Shown here piece by piece: positions 25,341 to 26,235 of a stretch of 26,235 nucleotides of DNA. Under the pieces are notes generated by a model that did no database searches, was not told the DNA's origin, and worked only from the letters and a program-made list of their open reading frames with translations. A program made the translations under genes and the position numbers. Each line of letters starts with the position of its first letter. Within the stretch, counting starts at the first letter, position 1. The stretch spans positions 1 to 26,235 of the forward strand of contig PLSG01000414.1 in NCBI GenBank assembly GCA_003164155.1. Direction: 5' to 3'. This DNA is from Parachlamydiaceae bacterium (lineage in GTDB: Bacteria > Chlamydiota > Chlamydiia > Chlamydiales > Parachlamydiaceae).

Positions 25341-26235
25341 TTATTGATTCAATTTTTTTTCATCTTGTTGTTTATTGTATGTTTTTTTATATGCAATACT
25401 TTCATCTTCTTTTTTTAGGTTGATCTTTTTATCTTCTTTAATTTTATCTTTACTCTCCTGCCTTCTTTCTTCAAGAATAACATTTAAAAGATGCATTCTC
25501 TCTAGAAATTTTTCATCAAGCCAATCTAATTCATTTACTTTTGGTATTGTATTTACGTTATTCACCTTTTTTCTTGAGTGACTTAACATTGTTTCAACAT
25601 GTTTAACGCTTTCTAGTTTATTTTTCTCAATCAATGAATGAGTGTTAACGTTCGATTTTTTTTCGTTTTTCACTAAAAAATCGGAAATTGCAGCTATTAA
25701 TAAGTTATGATGATGTGAACTTATAATAATAACTTTATAGCCTGAATTTTCTAACGAATCAATTTTCTCTTGTGTAGCAAATTTTTCTAAAATACGGGCG
25801 ACATAGTTTTCCTCATCAAGAATAGTTTCAATACTATCTAAATCAGATTTTGTACAGTGTAAAATATTTACGCTGTTTCCACCTGTGGTTTTAACAAATA
25901 AAAACTTATTTTTCGCTTCTAGACTTGAAATAAAATCTTCCATATCATTTTCTATTTCACGATGATTGCTAATTACTGCTCGTTTCTCACTGAGTTTTAT
26001 TTCTTTTGCGTTTCCAATCACTGGAGGTGATTTCGCAATACCGTTAGGATTCCTGTTATCCAAATTAGGTGAGGCCATTTCGAAGTCTGCACTTGCAGTT
26101 TCCTCTAATCCAGTCCTCGTTGCTTCAAGTAAATCAGCATATTCATCATTGCCATCACCGTTCAGACTAGGCAACGCCATTTCGGAGTCTGAGCTTGCAG
26201 TTTCCTCTGATCCAGCCCTCGCTGCTTCAAGTAAA
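25341..26235 (-). CDS. Hypothetical protein, 5' partial, with 34-aa repeats and K/E-rich coiled-coil C-terminus
   Basis: The frame stays open from the window end (LLEAARAGSEETASSDSEM...) into the track ORF 25341-26180, so the true start is probably outside the window. Confidence 0.8.
   Translation of the reverse strand, partial: LLEAARAGSEETASSDSEMALPSLNGDGNDEYADLLEATRTGLEETASADFEMASPNLDNRNPNGIAKSPPVIGNAKEIKLSEKRAVISNHREIENDMEDFISSLEAKNKFLFVKTTGGNSVNILHCTKSDLDSIETILDEENYVARILEKFATQEKIDSLENSGYKVIIISSHHHNLLIAAISDFLVKNEKKSNVNTHSLIEKNKLESVKHVETMLSHSRKKVNNVNTIPKVNELDWLDEKFLERMHLLNVILEERRQESKDKIKEDKKINLKKEDESIAYKKTYNKQQDEKKLNQ
26074..26235. repeat. 102-bp in-frame tandem repeat
   Basis: The unit beginning GCCATTTCGAAGTCTGCACTTGCAGTTTCC at 26074 recurs at 26176 (GCCATTTCGGAGTCTGAGCTTGCAGTTTCC). 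Peptides LLEATRTGLEETASADFEM and LLEAARAGSEETASSDSEM. Confidence 0.9.

Overview
About 18 kb of this window (5133-22982, - strand) is an apparently intact, tightly coupled F-type conjugative transfer operon: traA-L-E-K-B-dsbA-like-V-C-S26 peptidase-W-trbC-U-N-F-H-orf-G-D. The gene order resembles tra regions of environmental Chlamydiae (inference). No relaxase lies in the window. Two features stand out. (1) A well-formed TPP (thiamine pyrophosphate) riboswitch aptamer (23224-23316, -) sits in the sense orientation about 240 nt upstream of the pilin gene, between traA and a divergent tandem ribbon-helix-helix gene. This suggests possible thiamine control of conjugation. (2) Downstream of traD, its 3' end occurs twice more, starting at nearly the same codon, and each copy is followed by a different envelope-protein gene. 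This looks like a cassette array of candidate exclusion or surface genes. The left 3 kb holds a decayed Cre-like tyrosine recombinase missed by the ORF track, an hsdR fragment, an intact Panacea/SocA (DUF4065) antitoxin plus putative toxin, and a head-to-head pair of paralogous pseudogenes. The right 2 kb holds AT-rich, effector-like genes, one with a 102-bp tandem repeat. All calls come from reading the sequence and recalling motifs; no searches were run.
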